Assembly: GCA_030704615.1 (NCBI GenBank)
Contig: CM060734.1
Coordinates: 52,142,001 to 52,206,000 of the forward strand
Source: Takakia lepidozioides
Lineage: Eukaryota > Plantae > Bryophyta
Reading direction: 5' to 3'
DNA length: 64,000 nt
Shown here: one piece after another, positions 13,159-26,315 of the stretch
How the letters are laid out: the number at the start of each line of letters is the position of its first letter
Numbering within the stretch: position 1 is the first letter of the stretch
Translations under genes and position numbers: made by a program
Notes under the pieces: model-generated
Databases searched by the model: none
Told to the model about the DNA's origin: nothing
What the model saw: the letters and a program-made list of their open reading frames with translations, nothing else

Positions 13159-13912
13159 GTGGCTTATGGTGGACAGAAGTCGACCTTCGATAGAGTGTGC
13201 TTTAATTGCGGGGAGCCCTGGCACATGGCCAAGAAGTGCGCGAAACCCCGACAATTGAACATGACTCGGACGACCACGGAGCTGTCCGAAGATTCCATCA
13301 GCCACTTGGTGGACGCGGTGGTTGCCAAGACTTGTAAGGTAGGCAACTACTCTTGTGAGTTGTATCAGGAGACCGGCCCCTTGCGTAAAGGGAGTCAGTT
13401 AATGTTCGTGAGTGGGATAATTTCCGGAACTAACGTGTCGTTGTTGGTGGACATAGGAGCGTCGTACTCCTTCATGACACCGGGAACGGCACGGAAGCTG
13501 GGGCTCCCGACAAGTGATGTGGGGGCCTCTATTGAAGTGCGTTCTGCCAAAGGAGAACCACAACTGGCGACGAGGTTGGCATTCGATGTTCCTCTTCAGC
13601 TGGGGAATTGGGAGGGACGTGAAAACTTCACCATTTGCGAGATCCATTGAGTGGATCTCATTTTGGGGATGACCTTTTTGAGCAAATCCGGAGCGGTCAT
13701 AGATGGCCGCAAGAGAGTAGTCACGCTACCGTGTGGGGATGGTGGCGAATTTTTACGGGTGTCGAAAACGCCCAACCGAGTAGGAGGGCGAATAAACCTG
13801 CTGACAGCACATGAGTGGGCCGTGGAGAAGCCACACGAATCCCAGTTTTTGCTTTACGTAAGACAAGTGGAAGGAGAAGTCGATAGGGAGCCGAGCCTAG
13901 ATTGGATCAAGG
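13159..13912 (+). pseudogene. Gag zinc knuckle plus aspartic protease fragment of an unrelated Ty3/Gypsy element
   Basis: CFNCGEPWHMAKKC knuckle, LLVDIGASYSF and DLILGMTFL; in-frame stop at 13648-13650. Confidence 0.8.
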
Positions 13913-13915
13913 GGA

Positions 13916-15700
13916 GTGATCTATCAAGGCTTGCTCACACAAAGCCTGAAACTCCCCCAAGAACTCTCTCCCCTGGTTCGTGAGTACCTCGGTTGCTATC
14001 ACACACCATGCACCTTGCCACTAACTGTTGCACATCCGTGTGCATGCCCCGCCACCAATACTGCCTTTGCGGCAAACTATGAGTGCGCCGCATTCCAAAA
14101 TGTCCCAACTCCTCATAGGCATGGTGTACCAATCGCGCTCGTTGTGTTGGATAGGATCCGATCTCTCTTCTTAGCAATCACACTGGCTGCTGTCTCTCCA
14201 GTACGAAGGTAGGCCAACACTGCTGCATCTTCATGTACATCCTTAGCACCACCAAACTCCTCACTATTCTCTGGATCGTCATGCACGCTATCTACATGAC
14301 CAATCGCATGAGATGAACCAGCTTGAGCTCCCATTGCTAGAATGCACAAAAAGACCGATGCATGCCATCCTGGCACCATCTCCTCATCCGTCTCATCATG
14401 CCACCGAGCTCCAGTATCATCATGCTCGTTCATGCATAGATTACGACTCAATCCATCTGCATCCCGACTGACAATACCGGCTCGATGCACCACCTGGAAG
14501 TCATAGTCTTGAAGCATAAGTGCCCACCGTGCAAGCTTCCATGTAAGCTTGTCTGACTCCATCAACCACTTCAATGGTTGGTGATCCGTGACAAGGGTGA
14601 AGAGATTGTCATAGAGGTAGCATCTGAAATGTGTCACTGCCCATACCGCAGCTAGACACTCCCCTTCATAGGAACTATACTTCACCTCGGCATCATTGTT
14701 CGAGCGGCTAGCATATGCCACTACAAACTCTCTTCCCTCATCATCCACCTGTGTGAGCACTGCTCCAATCCCCAGCATACCCCAATCCATATGTAGCTGG
14801 AAAGGCCGCCTCCGAATAGGCCGCCTCAGAATAGATGCAGAAGTCAATCGAGCCTTGAGTTCCTCAAAGGCTTCCTCCTGCTCTTCCTCCCACTGCCACT
14901 CCTGACCCACCTTGGTCAACTTGGTAAGAGCCTTTGCAATGCTGCTAAATCCCTTGACAAACCGTCGATAGTAGTTTGTCAATCCCATGAAAGCACGAAC
15001 TTTGCTCACATCCATGGGGCGTGGAATGCATGCAATGGCCTCCACCTTTGTCTGTTGAACACCCAATCCTCCAGGGTATATCATATGGCCCAGATACTCA
15101 ATCTGATTGTGGAAGAACTTGCACTTTCCGGGGTGCAGTTTCAACCCGTGCGCTCTCAAGCGCTTAAACACCACCTGAAGGTGTCTCTCATGCTCCTCAA
15201 CCGTAGCACTAAAGATGATGATGTCATCAATGTAGCACCGGGCGAAGTCTAGCCCCGCGAGAATCCTATCCATGACCCTCTGAAACTCTGCAGGAGCATT
15301 CTTCAACCCAAACGGTAAAAACCGCCATTGGTACAAACAATCATTCCCATGTTGATCAATCCCCCAGAAGGATGGTATGGCATGGCATATCTATCAGACT
15401 TAGTCTGACGGTTCACAGGACGATAGTCTCCACACATCCTTCTTTCTGTCCAATTGCCATAGATATCTTTATTAGCTGGCATCACCGTTGCCGAGGCATA
15501 CTCCTCGCCTGACAACTCCACCAATCCAGCTTCGAACAACTCCATAGTCCTTGACTGGATCAATGACCTCTCCATGTCACTATACCGGTAGGGCCTTCGA
15601 AAGATTGACGTGTCACTTGCCAAATCAATACGAATCTCCTGACCTTTCAAACTCCCCAAATCCTTCAAACCGAAGGCAAAGCAATTTCTATAAGCCCTTA
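13916..15700 (-). pseudogene. E1 RT-RNase H-integrase N-terminus (with internal deletions)
   Basis: RRMCGDYRPVN, LPFGLKNAPAEFQR, CYIDDIIIFS, YSSYEGECLA, LVTDHQPL, DADGLSR and HHAYEELGHFG..CMVC. Confidence 0.9.
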
Positions 15701-16199
15701 GAAATCGATGGATCCTCCGTCTCTCTCCTCCGGTGACTGTAGATCCAACATCTGGTTCCCAATTGTCCTCAGTGACTGCAACCTTGGGTACACCAGGCTT
15801 GGAGGTAAGAGACGAATCCTTTGGTTGCTAGATAACAACCTCTTGGGCCTTGTCCGCCCAATCTGACTGTGGCGTAGCCTCCAGTTGCTTCGCCATAGCC
15901 ACCTTGAGAACATCCTCTGAGCAAGAAACATTTTCAACCTCTTCAAAAACCTTGGCCACCTTGGCCTCCAACTCATCCTCAGTCCATGGCTCTCCCCACT
16001 CCTCATACTGCTCCTTGAGAGATCCAATGACTCTCTTTTTGCGCCTCTCATCCCACATCTGCCATGGGTGTTTGCAACCCACGATCCTGTGCTCGCCCCC
16101 ACTCACTGCCTCAACCGTCCCGGTTGGCAGGGAGGATGCACCATCCAATGGGAGTGTAGAAGTAGCCATCAATGCTTGCAATCTCCGTTGCTCAGCCAT

Positions 16200-17153
16200 G
16201 CACAAGCAAATTATCCATGTCAAGCAATTTAAATCCATTGCTTGACCCAACACTTGATGGCGTGATGACTCTGACAGAACTGGCACATCTGTAGTGCCGG
16301 TGGCAAATCCCATTGCCCGCTCTCGTTTATCCGCATTGGGCTCCACCAATTGCTGTAGCACACTCTCCCAAATCAACCCAGGACCATTGTCTTGAAAAGC
16401 ATGAGACGAGGGAAAGCTCATGAGCGTAGGCAAGGCCGCACGTGGCTGCCCCACTTGATTGACCACGGCTAGAGGTGGACGATCATCATGTCGCACTCTC
16501 TGTGGTTGCCTCCCTTGGTCCAAAATGCCTTCAACCGTAAGATTGGGTGGCCGTTGAATGGAATCGTATGCTCTCTTGAGCAGCTCTGGTGGTGCAAGAT
16601 TGGTCCACCACAATCGAGGTTGATGCGCGCGTGATCCCACAGATGCTGCATCCAATAACACCGCCGATCCAATCCAAGACCGCACCTGATGCACACTGGC
16701 CATTACCCTGGCCCGAGAATCCCCCATAAGATGAACATTCTCTAAGATATAGCCTAGAGGTTGCACTTGCCTCGTCTGCAAGTCCCGCAACACTCGCAAC
16801 ATCTCCCAAAACAAATGCGATCGTGCATCATGCAAGCCATTCCCATGACCTGCGGGAGAGTGTCATTGGCAAGGCCATCCAGCTATCACCAAGTCAATGG
16901 AACCATACCGGTCCAAATCATCCGCCCCCAGCAAGGTAATGTCTGCTGGCAAGGCCTTTTGATACCTTTGAATTGTTGAGAGAGGCAACAATTCAGGATA
17001 CCGGTGTGTGAACAAGACGATGTGGCGCATAGAAATACGCCGAGCTATCTCATCATTCTCCACATACAAGTACTTGCGTAATTTAATCCCTGCTTGCAAC
17101 ACTCCTGCAAGCCCAGTGTTCATGCCTCCAAACAGGTCTAGCAAACAAATCCC
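16200..17153 (-). pseudogene. E1 DNMT3-like C5 cytosine methyltransferase domain (one in-frame TGA after PCQ)
   Basis: Motif I LLDLFGGMNTG, II YLYVEND, IV DLVIAGWPCQ, VI YILENV, VIII LDAASVGSRAHQPRLWWTN, IX RERAMGF, X QVLGQAMD. Confidence 0.88.
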
Positions 17154-19449
17154 TGAGTCAGGTGGTTGCCAAGTAATGGGCACCGTGTCCAAAGGAGCTA
17201 ACTCAGGAGGTCTAGGTGATGTCACTAAACTCCCCTCACTCATCAATGGAAAAGGCCTCCTGCCATGCTTGGTGCACACACTCGCCTGCTACTCGATGCA
17301 AATTCCCAACCGTACCCCACAGTGGAATATGCATAGGCACATGAGGAAGCAAATCAGCCTTGTATGCCAATTGTTTGTCCTCATCAGGTGATGGCCTATC
17401 ATCTGCATGGCTATTGCCCTCCAAGAGCTCACCACCCCAAGCCACCACCCCTAAAAATGCAGCCAATGTGGGCATCATGTTTCTATGATCCACTACTACA
17501 TTCCCAATAAACCGCATTGGGAGCAGTGCACATCGGCCATCTCCTGACTGCCATTCCGGCCTATAGGATGTCGTTTCCTCCCAAAAGTCCAGAGTGAACC
17601 CCATGGGGTATAACACCGCCCTACCAACAAGCACATCATAAGACATCGCGTCCGTAACAATGGTTTTAGCTCTCATGACAGAGCTGGCCGTAGGATGATC
17701 CGGCTGCAATCGAATGAAAAGCTCATGACATATAATCCCTCGTGCCTTCTCTGAACCGCCCAAAGATGTTTGAATTTGGAAAGGGCAAGGCTCCAAATCC
17801 GCCCAAGCCTGCAATTGCTGCTCTTCCCAATATCAATGGTTGTGCTCCCGAGTCCAACAAGACCCGTAGTGGCCTATACCTCCTCCCGGCTGGGCCACCC
17901 AACTGAAACACACCATCTTGATTGTCCACCAGGACTACCCCAGGAGTCACCATACTACGCTTAATGGCTGGTCTAGCTTGCAATTCCTGCGACCTTGCAG
18001 CTGCCGCTTGTCATGGTGCAGCTGTGGCTATCTTCACCCTTGAGTCCAGGGCATCCATGCATTGCACATTATCCGGTATCCCCACAGATAGTGCCGATGC
18101 ATCACCACTCTCACAAAGTCTAGCTGCTAGTCTGAACACAGCAGCTGGCCGAATCCCCGGCATTGCAATTGTCATTGCAGAAAACAATGGAGCTTGACAA
18201 ACCGTTGTAGCCGCCCCCAACAATATACTGGCTGCACCTTGCTTTGCAGCACCACCCACTGGCATTTCCCGAGCCACACCAATTCTCCCCACTGGCACTC
18301 GTGGCTCTACCTTGACACACTTGGGCGAGCGGGTACCATCGATGGTGTAGTTGGCACTGTCTCAGCCAATGTGAAAGACTGTGGAAGCCTTGTCTGTCGA
18401 CTTGCTTCCCCTCTTTGTGGATCCAAATCCACATCTGCTCATCTTGGCTCAGGAGCACGCGTTGTTGCTCGAGTGATAGCAGCTGCAGAGTCCACATGCA
18501 ATGGTCCTGCAAGTGCGGCTCCAAACATGAAGCCTATACCAATCTGGTCTTCCCTAGACATAGGAGGTTGTGCAGGTGGGGCTTGAACCTCAGGCCTTGG
18601 AGCTGGTGCAACATGAGTAGTGGCCATGGTAGCAAGACGTTGCTCTAGCTGGGCAAGCCTATCCATCATGCATTGGTCATGACCTTGACCTTGACCTTGT
18701 GCTCCTTGGTTCTGGTTACGACCTCCACCGCGACCTCTGCCTCATCTACCTCTCTGGACTACATTGCCTCATCCTTGGCCACCATTGTTCCTTTGGAATT
18801 GGCCTGGCCGTAGCTCAGGATGTAAGTCATAACAATGGGCCTCCTCATGCCCATACTTGCCACAATGCCCACACTGTAGTTGTGTAGGCTGTGCCTGTGC
18901 CGACCCTTTGCCTCTCTCCGGGCAATCTCTCTTAACATGGGGTCCTCCACAATCCCAACATGTCACACCCGACTGTTGTTGGCCTGAGAATGAAGGAAGT
19001 GACCTCTGCAATTGAGATCCTCTCTGTCCTTCCCTGGGCTTCGCTTGAGCCCCCTTGTTGCCTTGAGCACGTTGGGGTAGTGGTGGTTGTTGGCTAGGAG
19101 TCCCACTTCGTTGTGTCTCCTTACCAAATCCCACCATGACCACACGCTCCTCCACCATATTGAGCTCTATCCGCTCTGCTAGCAAAAACACGTTTGCTAA
19201 GGTGGGTTGGTCCACTTGTAGGAGAGTTGCATCCCGCACCCTTCTCCTCAGCTCCTTGTCCAATATCCCATACCAGAATTGGATTGCTTGAGCTTCCGTA
19301 ACCCCTTGGGTCACATTTATCAATCGCCTCATACGCGTGTAAGCCTCCCTCGAACTCTCAGTAGGCCTCCGCTGGAACTCTTGCAAGCTCCGCAACTTCT
19401 CTGTCCTTATTCCCTGGTAATTTCTCCTTAACTCCTCGAAGAACTCCAC
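17154..19449 (-). pseudogene. E1 Gag C-terminal part and aspartic protease; an N-terminal gag piece lies inverted at ~19451-19733 (+)
   Basis: Knuckles CWDCGGPHVKRDC and CGHCGKYGHEEAHC; protease LRVLLDSGAQP and YDVLVG. MAWKGLFQHLE on + matches E3 gag. Confidence 0.85.
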
Positions 19450-19821
19450 AACTGTTCACGTCTTTTATGGCGTGGAAAGGGCTGTTTCAGCACCTTGAGA
19501 GGCCGCCTATAGATGACTACCATGAGTTTAGGTGGGGAAATGAGGTGGAGATTGAGGAGTGGCGACAATATTGGTCACCTGACTATATCTCCATCACTAG
19601 AGGCACAAGGGCAGCGGCGACACCAGCAGCTACACCAACATCCCCACGGCAAGCACTAGTAGTGGGACAAGTAAAGATGGAGCTGGGAAATCCACTCAAG
19701 CTCCTGCTGCACCACCAACACCCGTGCCTGCCTTATTGTGGCATGACTTTCTAGGACTATATGCTAGGAAGTGTGGTTGGACAGCGATGTATGTTGTGGC
19801 ACGATGCTTAGGTGCACGACA

Positions 19822-20450
19822 CTTTCCTTGAGCAATGATTGGCCCTTCATGTGAGAGATTTGGAATTTCCAGTACTTGTGGTCGCTGGAAATTCGCAAAA
19901 AAATAGCAAAATGAATATATCAGTGTATGAAACCTTGACAGGGGCGATTGCAAAAATAGCAAAGTGGGTTTTCCTTGGACAATAACTGGATAAAAAACTA
20001 CTCAATAAATTCATGGAAAACAATAAATTGGTTTTTTCTGAGATATGGAATTTCAAGTACTTTTGGTCGCTGGAAATTCGCGAAAATTAGTTGTGTGTTT
20101 GTTTTGTTGGTTTTGTAGCGTTGAGATGTCCCAAACCGCGGGGCCCAACCTTGGTGCTTGGTACCGTTGGAAAGCCCTCGACGATGAGGGGTGCACTGGC
20201 TTGGTCTCATGATTTTTGGACCCGCTTTGTGAGAGATGTGGAATTCCAGTACTTTTGGTCGTTGGAAATTCGCGAAAAATAGCAAAGTGGACTTTCTTGG
20301 AGCAAATGATTGGCCCTTGATGTGGGAGATTTGGTATTTGAAGTACTTTTGGTCGCTGGAAATTCATGAAACATCGCAAAGTGGATATATCAATATACAA
20401 AGCCTCGACAAGGGAGATTGCAAAAATAGCAAAGTGGGTCTTTTTTGGAC
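19822..20450. repeat. Degenerate tandem-unit repeat, right part
   Basis: At least four copies of ggaattt..agtactttt.gtcgctggaaattcgc.aaaaatagcaaa; shares gttggaaagccctcgacga with 7991. Confidence 0.8.
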
Positions 20451-23400
20451 CGGTATATAGGTCTTGGGCGGGTATCAACTAGGGTAAGGGTAATGGTATG
20501 AAGGATCATGCGGGTACCTACAAGGGCAAAACCCGGCAATACCCTGGTGGGGTAGGATACATGGACTTCTAAAACCCTGGCGCAAAACATACCGGTCTGG
20601 TCTTCTTCATCGCGTTACCACTCCAGTACCATGCATGCGTCGGTTGAGGGACATGATGCAAGGGTAGGGTCTAGGGTAGTTTGTGGTTAGGGATATTAAC
20701 TACATATAGTGTTTTCAAGAGGGCACTTCAATGAGGATGAGTTACAGGATGCTAATATGTTTGAAGAGGAGTAGATAAATGCAATTTGTTAGTTTTTGCT
20801 CTTAAAGAGTGATAGAGAAGAGTTAGGGGCCATTTGGGAAAAATTTCAATATTGAAATGGGCCATTTCAACTATTCAAATGGCCATTTGAATAGTTGAAA
20901 TCTTAATATGATTTAAAGGGCCTCCGTCCATTTTTTTTATTTTTTATTTTTAAATTTTTTAAGAGTTAGAAAGAATTGCACTAGTGTAGCTGGTATCAGA
21001 TGTCGTGCGCATACATATCGCTACACAACTACATCGCTGTCCAAAACCACACAACACATGTGCACACCACACACTAGTATACCACTAGTCCAACACTAGG
21101 CTACAACTGTCATCACTAGGCTGCCAACACTCTGCCCCACTATGGCAGTCACTAGTCCACATCAATGATAACGAAGAAATCAAGCCAAGCTCATGCCGAG
21201 CTTCACAAAAGCTGAAGGCTAAACTCATGCATATATAACCCTCATCACTCAATCAAGTCAAGCCCCGTGCACCCCACGCCATGGGGAATCCACACTACGC
21301 GCCATAGCTAGGCGCGGTGAGGCTCAACTCGAGAAAAATGAGCCTCCCGCGCTTGCCGTGAAAGATACCACTTCCATGGCCTAAATCTCTGCGCTTGACC
21401 CCTGGATTGCACGATTGGGCCAATCCCAAGCTATTTCCTAGCTAGTTTCACACTAGTGGTAAAATAACTTGACAGCTGTCGTGCGCATACATATCGCTAC
21501 ACAACTACATCATCGCTGTCCAAAACCACACAACACATGTGCACACCACACACTAGTATACCACTAGTCTACCACTAGTCCAGCCACTAGTCCAACCACT
21601 AGGCTACAACTAGTCAGTCACTAGGCTGCCACTACGCTGCCCACTATGGCAGTCACTAGTCCACACAATCGCCCCCCTAGCTGGTGCTTAGGTCCCTCTA
21701 AGTCCAGGTAGCCACAAGATGTGATAGTGACCATAGCCGTGTCCACACTAAAATCGCCCCCCCTAGCTGGGCTTAGGTCCCTATAAGTCACAGGTAGCCA
21801 CAAGATGTGATAGACATAGCCTCCAAGTCCTCCACACCTATCCCTATACATCACATCGATAGATCAAGAGGCCGGGTGCAAGAGTTGCCCCTCGTTCGTC
21901 GCCGTCTGGGAACCTGTGACTTGAGCTTGGGATCTCATGTATTGACTCCTATGAGCTTGGCCTCCCATGTCTTGTTAGCTGCCTCCAGTCATGTCCACTG
22001 CCACTATCCAGGCAGTGTGGACACAACCATCATCCGTCAGGAACCTCTCAAGAGGTGGTGTCAACATCCCATATGTCCAACCCTTGAGCACCGATCACAC
22101 ACCAGCATGGTGGTTGCCCTTTGGCAGACCCACAGAGCATGCACCTCAAACCTTGCAGGTACCACTGCCAAGTTTGGGTCAACTCTGCCATCGACATTGG
22201 GAAGGTGGACATGGGCACAAGTACGCACAGGTCTTCCAAGTCATGCCATCACGACCCTCTAAGATCAGGACCCCTGAGGGCAACACCTCTCGAACCTCAG
22301 AATAACACGCCCTGCAGTAACATCCAGAGTCGTAGGAGCAGTCTGCTTGCCAATAAACATAGTCACCAGGGCTAAAACCCCGAAACCCCAGGACGATATC
22401 CTCCACCACGTATAGTGGCTACCTCAACGTATAACAGTGCTGTGCAATGGCAAGGTCTCAAAGGCCATGGGCATGATTTCTTGAACAACTCTGCACGCTG
22501 ATCACATGCACGTACCCACACGTCCGGATCGTCAAGGTTAAGGACTGACAGTGTCCCTACGAATGGCTGCAGGCAAATCGGCTCTCGGCCAAAGAGAAGG
22601 AAAATATGGTGAGAAGGAGGCAAGTGATGCTTGTTTGTGAACCTGTAGCCCATGGCTAACCAAGGACCTGAAGATCCCAATTCCTAGGTGTCCCTTCTGC
22701 AAGCCATACTTGCGCAAACCATTTCTTCACCGTCTGAACAACTCCTCTGCTAAGCCATCGGCTCAGGATGATCCCGAGAAGTGGGCGGTGGTCTATCAAG
22801 GCTTTATCACACAAAGCCTGAAACTCCCCCAAGAAACTCTCTCCCTTGGTCCGTGAGTACCTCCGCTGGAGCACCAAATCGGCTAAGCACACGATCCAAG
22901 AATGCATACGCAGCCCCCTCACTAGCCTTGTCAGGCAATGGACCAACTCAATCCACTGGAGAAGTGCTCCACCATCACCAACACATATGTGGTGGCGCAT
23001 AGTCAATGGCAACGGTCCTGCGAAGTCAAGACTCACCTGTAGCCCAATCCATGATAGGTAAAGATGCAACTGTGGTGTAGGGGCGTTGAATGAAGCACGC
23101 ACCCTGTCACACACCATGCACCTAGCCACAAACTGTTGCACCTCTGTATGCATACCACGCCACCAATACTGCCCCTGCAGTAAACTGTGAGTGCGTCGCA
23201 CTCCAAAATGCCCCAACTCCTCATGGGCATGCCGCACTAACCGTGCACGCTATGTGGGGTGAGGCACAATCCTCAACCCGACCACCCTCCCACACTCGAA
23301 GTAGGTGTATCCCCTACCCTTGAACCTCTTGGCTCGTTGCAGGATCCGATCCCTCTCCCTGGCAGTCACAATGGCTGCCGTGTCTCCCGTGCGGAGGTAG

Positions 23401-25379
23401 TCCAACACAGCCGAATCCTCATGTATATCTCTGGCACCACCTAGCTCATCACTAGCCTCAGGGTCCTCAGACACTCCGTCTACAGTCATCCCTGTTGTAG
23501 GTCCATTCTGACCTCCCGATGCCAAGATACACAAAAATGCAGATGCATGCCATCCCGGCACCATCTCCTCGTCCGTCTCACCATGCCACTGAGCTCCAGT
23601 TCAATCCATCCGCATCCCGATTACCAACCCGGTCGATGCACAACCTGAAATCATACTCCGAGAGTTAAGTGCCCACCGTGCAAGCTTCCCCGTAAGCTTG
23701 TCTGACTCCATCAACCACTTGAGTGGCTGGTGATCCGTGACAAGGGTGAAAAGATTGCCGTATAGATAGCACCTGAAGTGTGCCACGGCCCACACTGCAG
23801 CTAAGCACTCTCCCTCATATGAGCTGTACTTAGCCTCTGCAAGCGTTGTTCGAGCGCTAGCGTAAGCCACTACGAACTCTCTTCCCTCATCATCCACCTG
23901 TGTGAGCACCCGCTCCCAAGCCCAGCATGCTCCAATCTGTATGCAGCTGAAAGGACGCCCCCTGATAGGTCGTCTCAAGATAGGCGCCGAGGTCAACCTC
24001 GCCTTGAGCTCTTGAAAAGCTCATTCCTGCTCATCTTCCCACTGCCACTCCTGGTCCACCTTGGTCAGCTTGGTTAGAGCCTTTTGCAATGGTACTAAAT
24101 CCCTTGACAAACCGTCTATAATAGTTTGCCAACCCCATGAAAGCTCGAACTCGGCTCATATCCGTGGGGCGTGGAATTTGTTGCAATGGCCTCTACCTTA
24201 GTCTGCTGTACCCCAATCCTCCAGGATATATCATGTGACCCAGATACTCAATCTGGTTGTGGAAAAACTTGCACTTCCCCGGATGCAACTTCAATCCGTG
24301 CGCTCTCAAGCGCTCCAATACCACCTGAAGGTGTTCTCATGCTCCTCCATCGTAACACTAAAGATGATGATGTCATCTATGTAGCACCGAGCAAAGTCCA
24401 CCCCTGCTAGAATCCTATCCATGACTCTCTGAAACTCTGCAGGAGCATTCTTAAGCCCAAATGGTAAGAACCGCCAACTGATAAGGCAATCCTTGCCGTG
24501 CTCATTGATCCCCCAGAATGCCGTCTTCTGCTTGTCCGCCTCCTTGATTGGCAACTGGTGATATCCGGATCGTAAATCCAAAGTGCTAAAGCCTTAGCAT
24601 GCCCGATGGCATCAAAGATCTCCTCTGGTGTGGCATGGCATACTTATCGGACTTGGTCTGACGATTTACAGGCCGGTAATCACCCACATACGTCTCTCCG
24701 TCCAATTGCCATAGACATCCTTCTTGGCTGGCAATCACTGTGGCTGAAGCATACTCTCCACCAGAGCTCCACCAAACCTGCCTCCCAGAGATCTTGAGTC
24801 CTCATCTGAATCAAAGACCTTCTGTCACTGTATCTATAGGGTCTCCGAAAGATTGGCGTGTCAGTGGCCAACTCAATACGGATCTCTTGACCCTTCAGTG
24901 CTCTCAGTCCTTCAAACTGAAGGCAAAGCAATTCCTGTAAGCCCTCAGGAACCGCCGTATACGTCGTCTCTCTCCTCCGGTGACAATGGGTCCAATGTCA
25001 GGCTCCCAATTGTCCTCCGTAACTACAACCTTAAGTCCAGTGGGCTTAGAGGTAGAGACGCGTCCCGTGGTTGCTATGCTGCAACCTCTTGAGCAGTACT
25101 CCCTGCCTGCTCAGTCAATGACAAGACCTCATCCTGCCCCATCCTCTTATCATTGAGGACCTCCTACACCGAGAAGAATCCCAACCTCATCTATCACAGC
25201 CGCCTTGGCTGCCAACTCCCTCTGAACCTCGAGCACCTCCCACGTGTGCCATGGATGCATGCACCCCGTGGTCCTCACATGCTCGCCCCCACTCACTGCC
25301 TGTACCGTCTCGGTAGGCAGAGAGACCATTGAGGGAAGGTGTATTCCGCACTCTGCGTTGCTCAGCCAGAGCCAAGCTG

Positions 25380-26315
25380 ATAATCCAGGTCAAGGCAATT
25401 GAGATCCATTGCTTGCCCCAACACTTGACGACGTGATGCCTCAGAAAGAGACGACACCGCCGTGGTACCAGTGGTAAACCCATTGCCCGCTCACGCTCGT
25501 CAGCATTAGGCTCCACTAACTGCTGCAACTGAGCATCCCACAGGAGGCCAGGTCCACTATCCCGGAAAGCATGCGATCCTGGGAAGCTGAGCAGTGTAGG
25601 TAATGATGCTCGTGTTGACCCACCTTTGTTGACCACTGCAAAGGCGACACGGTCATCGTGTCTCACACGTTGAGACTGCCTCCCTGTGTCCAGAATGTTT
25701 CCACTGTGAGATGTGCTGGCCGCTGCACCCCATCAATGCTCGCTTGAGCAGTGCGGGTGGCATCATGTTAGTCCACCATAGCGTGGACGATGAGCCCGTG
25801 ACCCCACTGTAGCTGCATCTAGCAACACTGCTGACCAAGCCAAGACCGGACTTGATGCACACTGGCCCCCACCCTGGCCCGAGAATCACCCATTCAGTGG
25901 CACATTCTCCAAGATGTATGCTGGAGATACAGCTTGATGAAGCTGCAAGTGGCCGCAAAACCCGCACCATCTCCCAAAACAGACCCGACCTCGATCTCGC
26001 AATCCATTGTCATGCCCGGCTGATGAATGCCCTTGGCAGGGCCAACCTGCCACTACCAGATCATGGAGCCAACCCGCTCCAAATCCTGCGCCCCCAGCAA
26101 CGAAATGTCTGCTGGCAAGGCCTGCTGATATCACGAATTGCAGACACCGACACACTCAGGGTACCGCTGCACCAACTGAGCAACATGGCGAAGTGAAACG
26201 CGTTGTGCAGTCTCATCCCTCTCCACATACAGGTAACACCGAACTCGTACACCTGCCTGTAACACAGCAGCCAATCCGGTGCTGATCCCGCCAACAAGTC
26301 CAGAAGACAAATGCC
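25380..26315 (-). pseudogene. E2 DNMT3-like methyltransferase domain (frameshifted)
   Basis: ICLLDL, DLVVAGWPCQGHS, AYILENVP, (A)HRP.LWWTN and PNADERERAMG. Confidence 0.82.

Larger units (their letters stand above)
8126..19821. mobile_element. E1: DNMT/PHD-bearing Ty3/Gypsy-type retroelement; termini on +, interior inverted (-); TSD cttt
   Basis: Starts TGTCA (8126) and ends ACGACA (19821). cttt lies at 8122-8125 and 19822-19825, and the flanks rejoin one unit of the host tandem repeat. Gag CCHC, protease LLDSGA, MTase, RT CYIDD, RNase H and integrase/PHD are all on -. Confidence 0.88.

Noticed and set aside
15828-17279. Host DRM/DNMT3 gene or bacterial restriction-modification contamination
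   Set aside because: It is intron-less, embedded between retroelement protease and RT in three copies, has no UBA/PWWP domains or restriction partner, and is flanked by intron-containing plant genes.
20991-21000. TGGTATCAGA resembling a tRNA-iMet PBS next to E2
   Set aside because: It lies outside the element, at its 3' end and on the wrong strand. It belongs to the ggtatc-rich target tract and includes the TSD.
21001-21668. DIRS/Ngaro/PAT classification because of the split repeats
   Set aside because: No tyrosine recombinase is seen. A Gypsy-type zinc-finger/DDE integrase, a protease and 4-bp TSDs are present.
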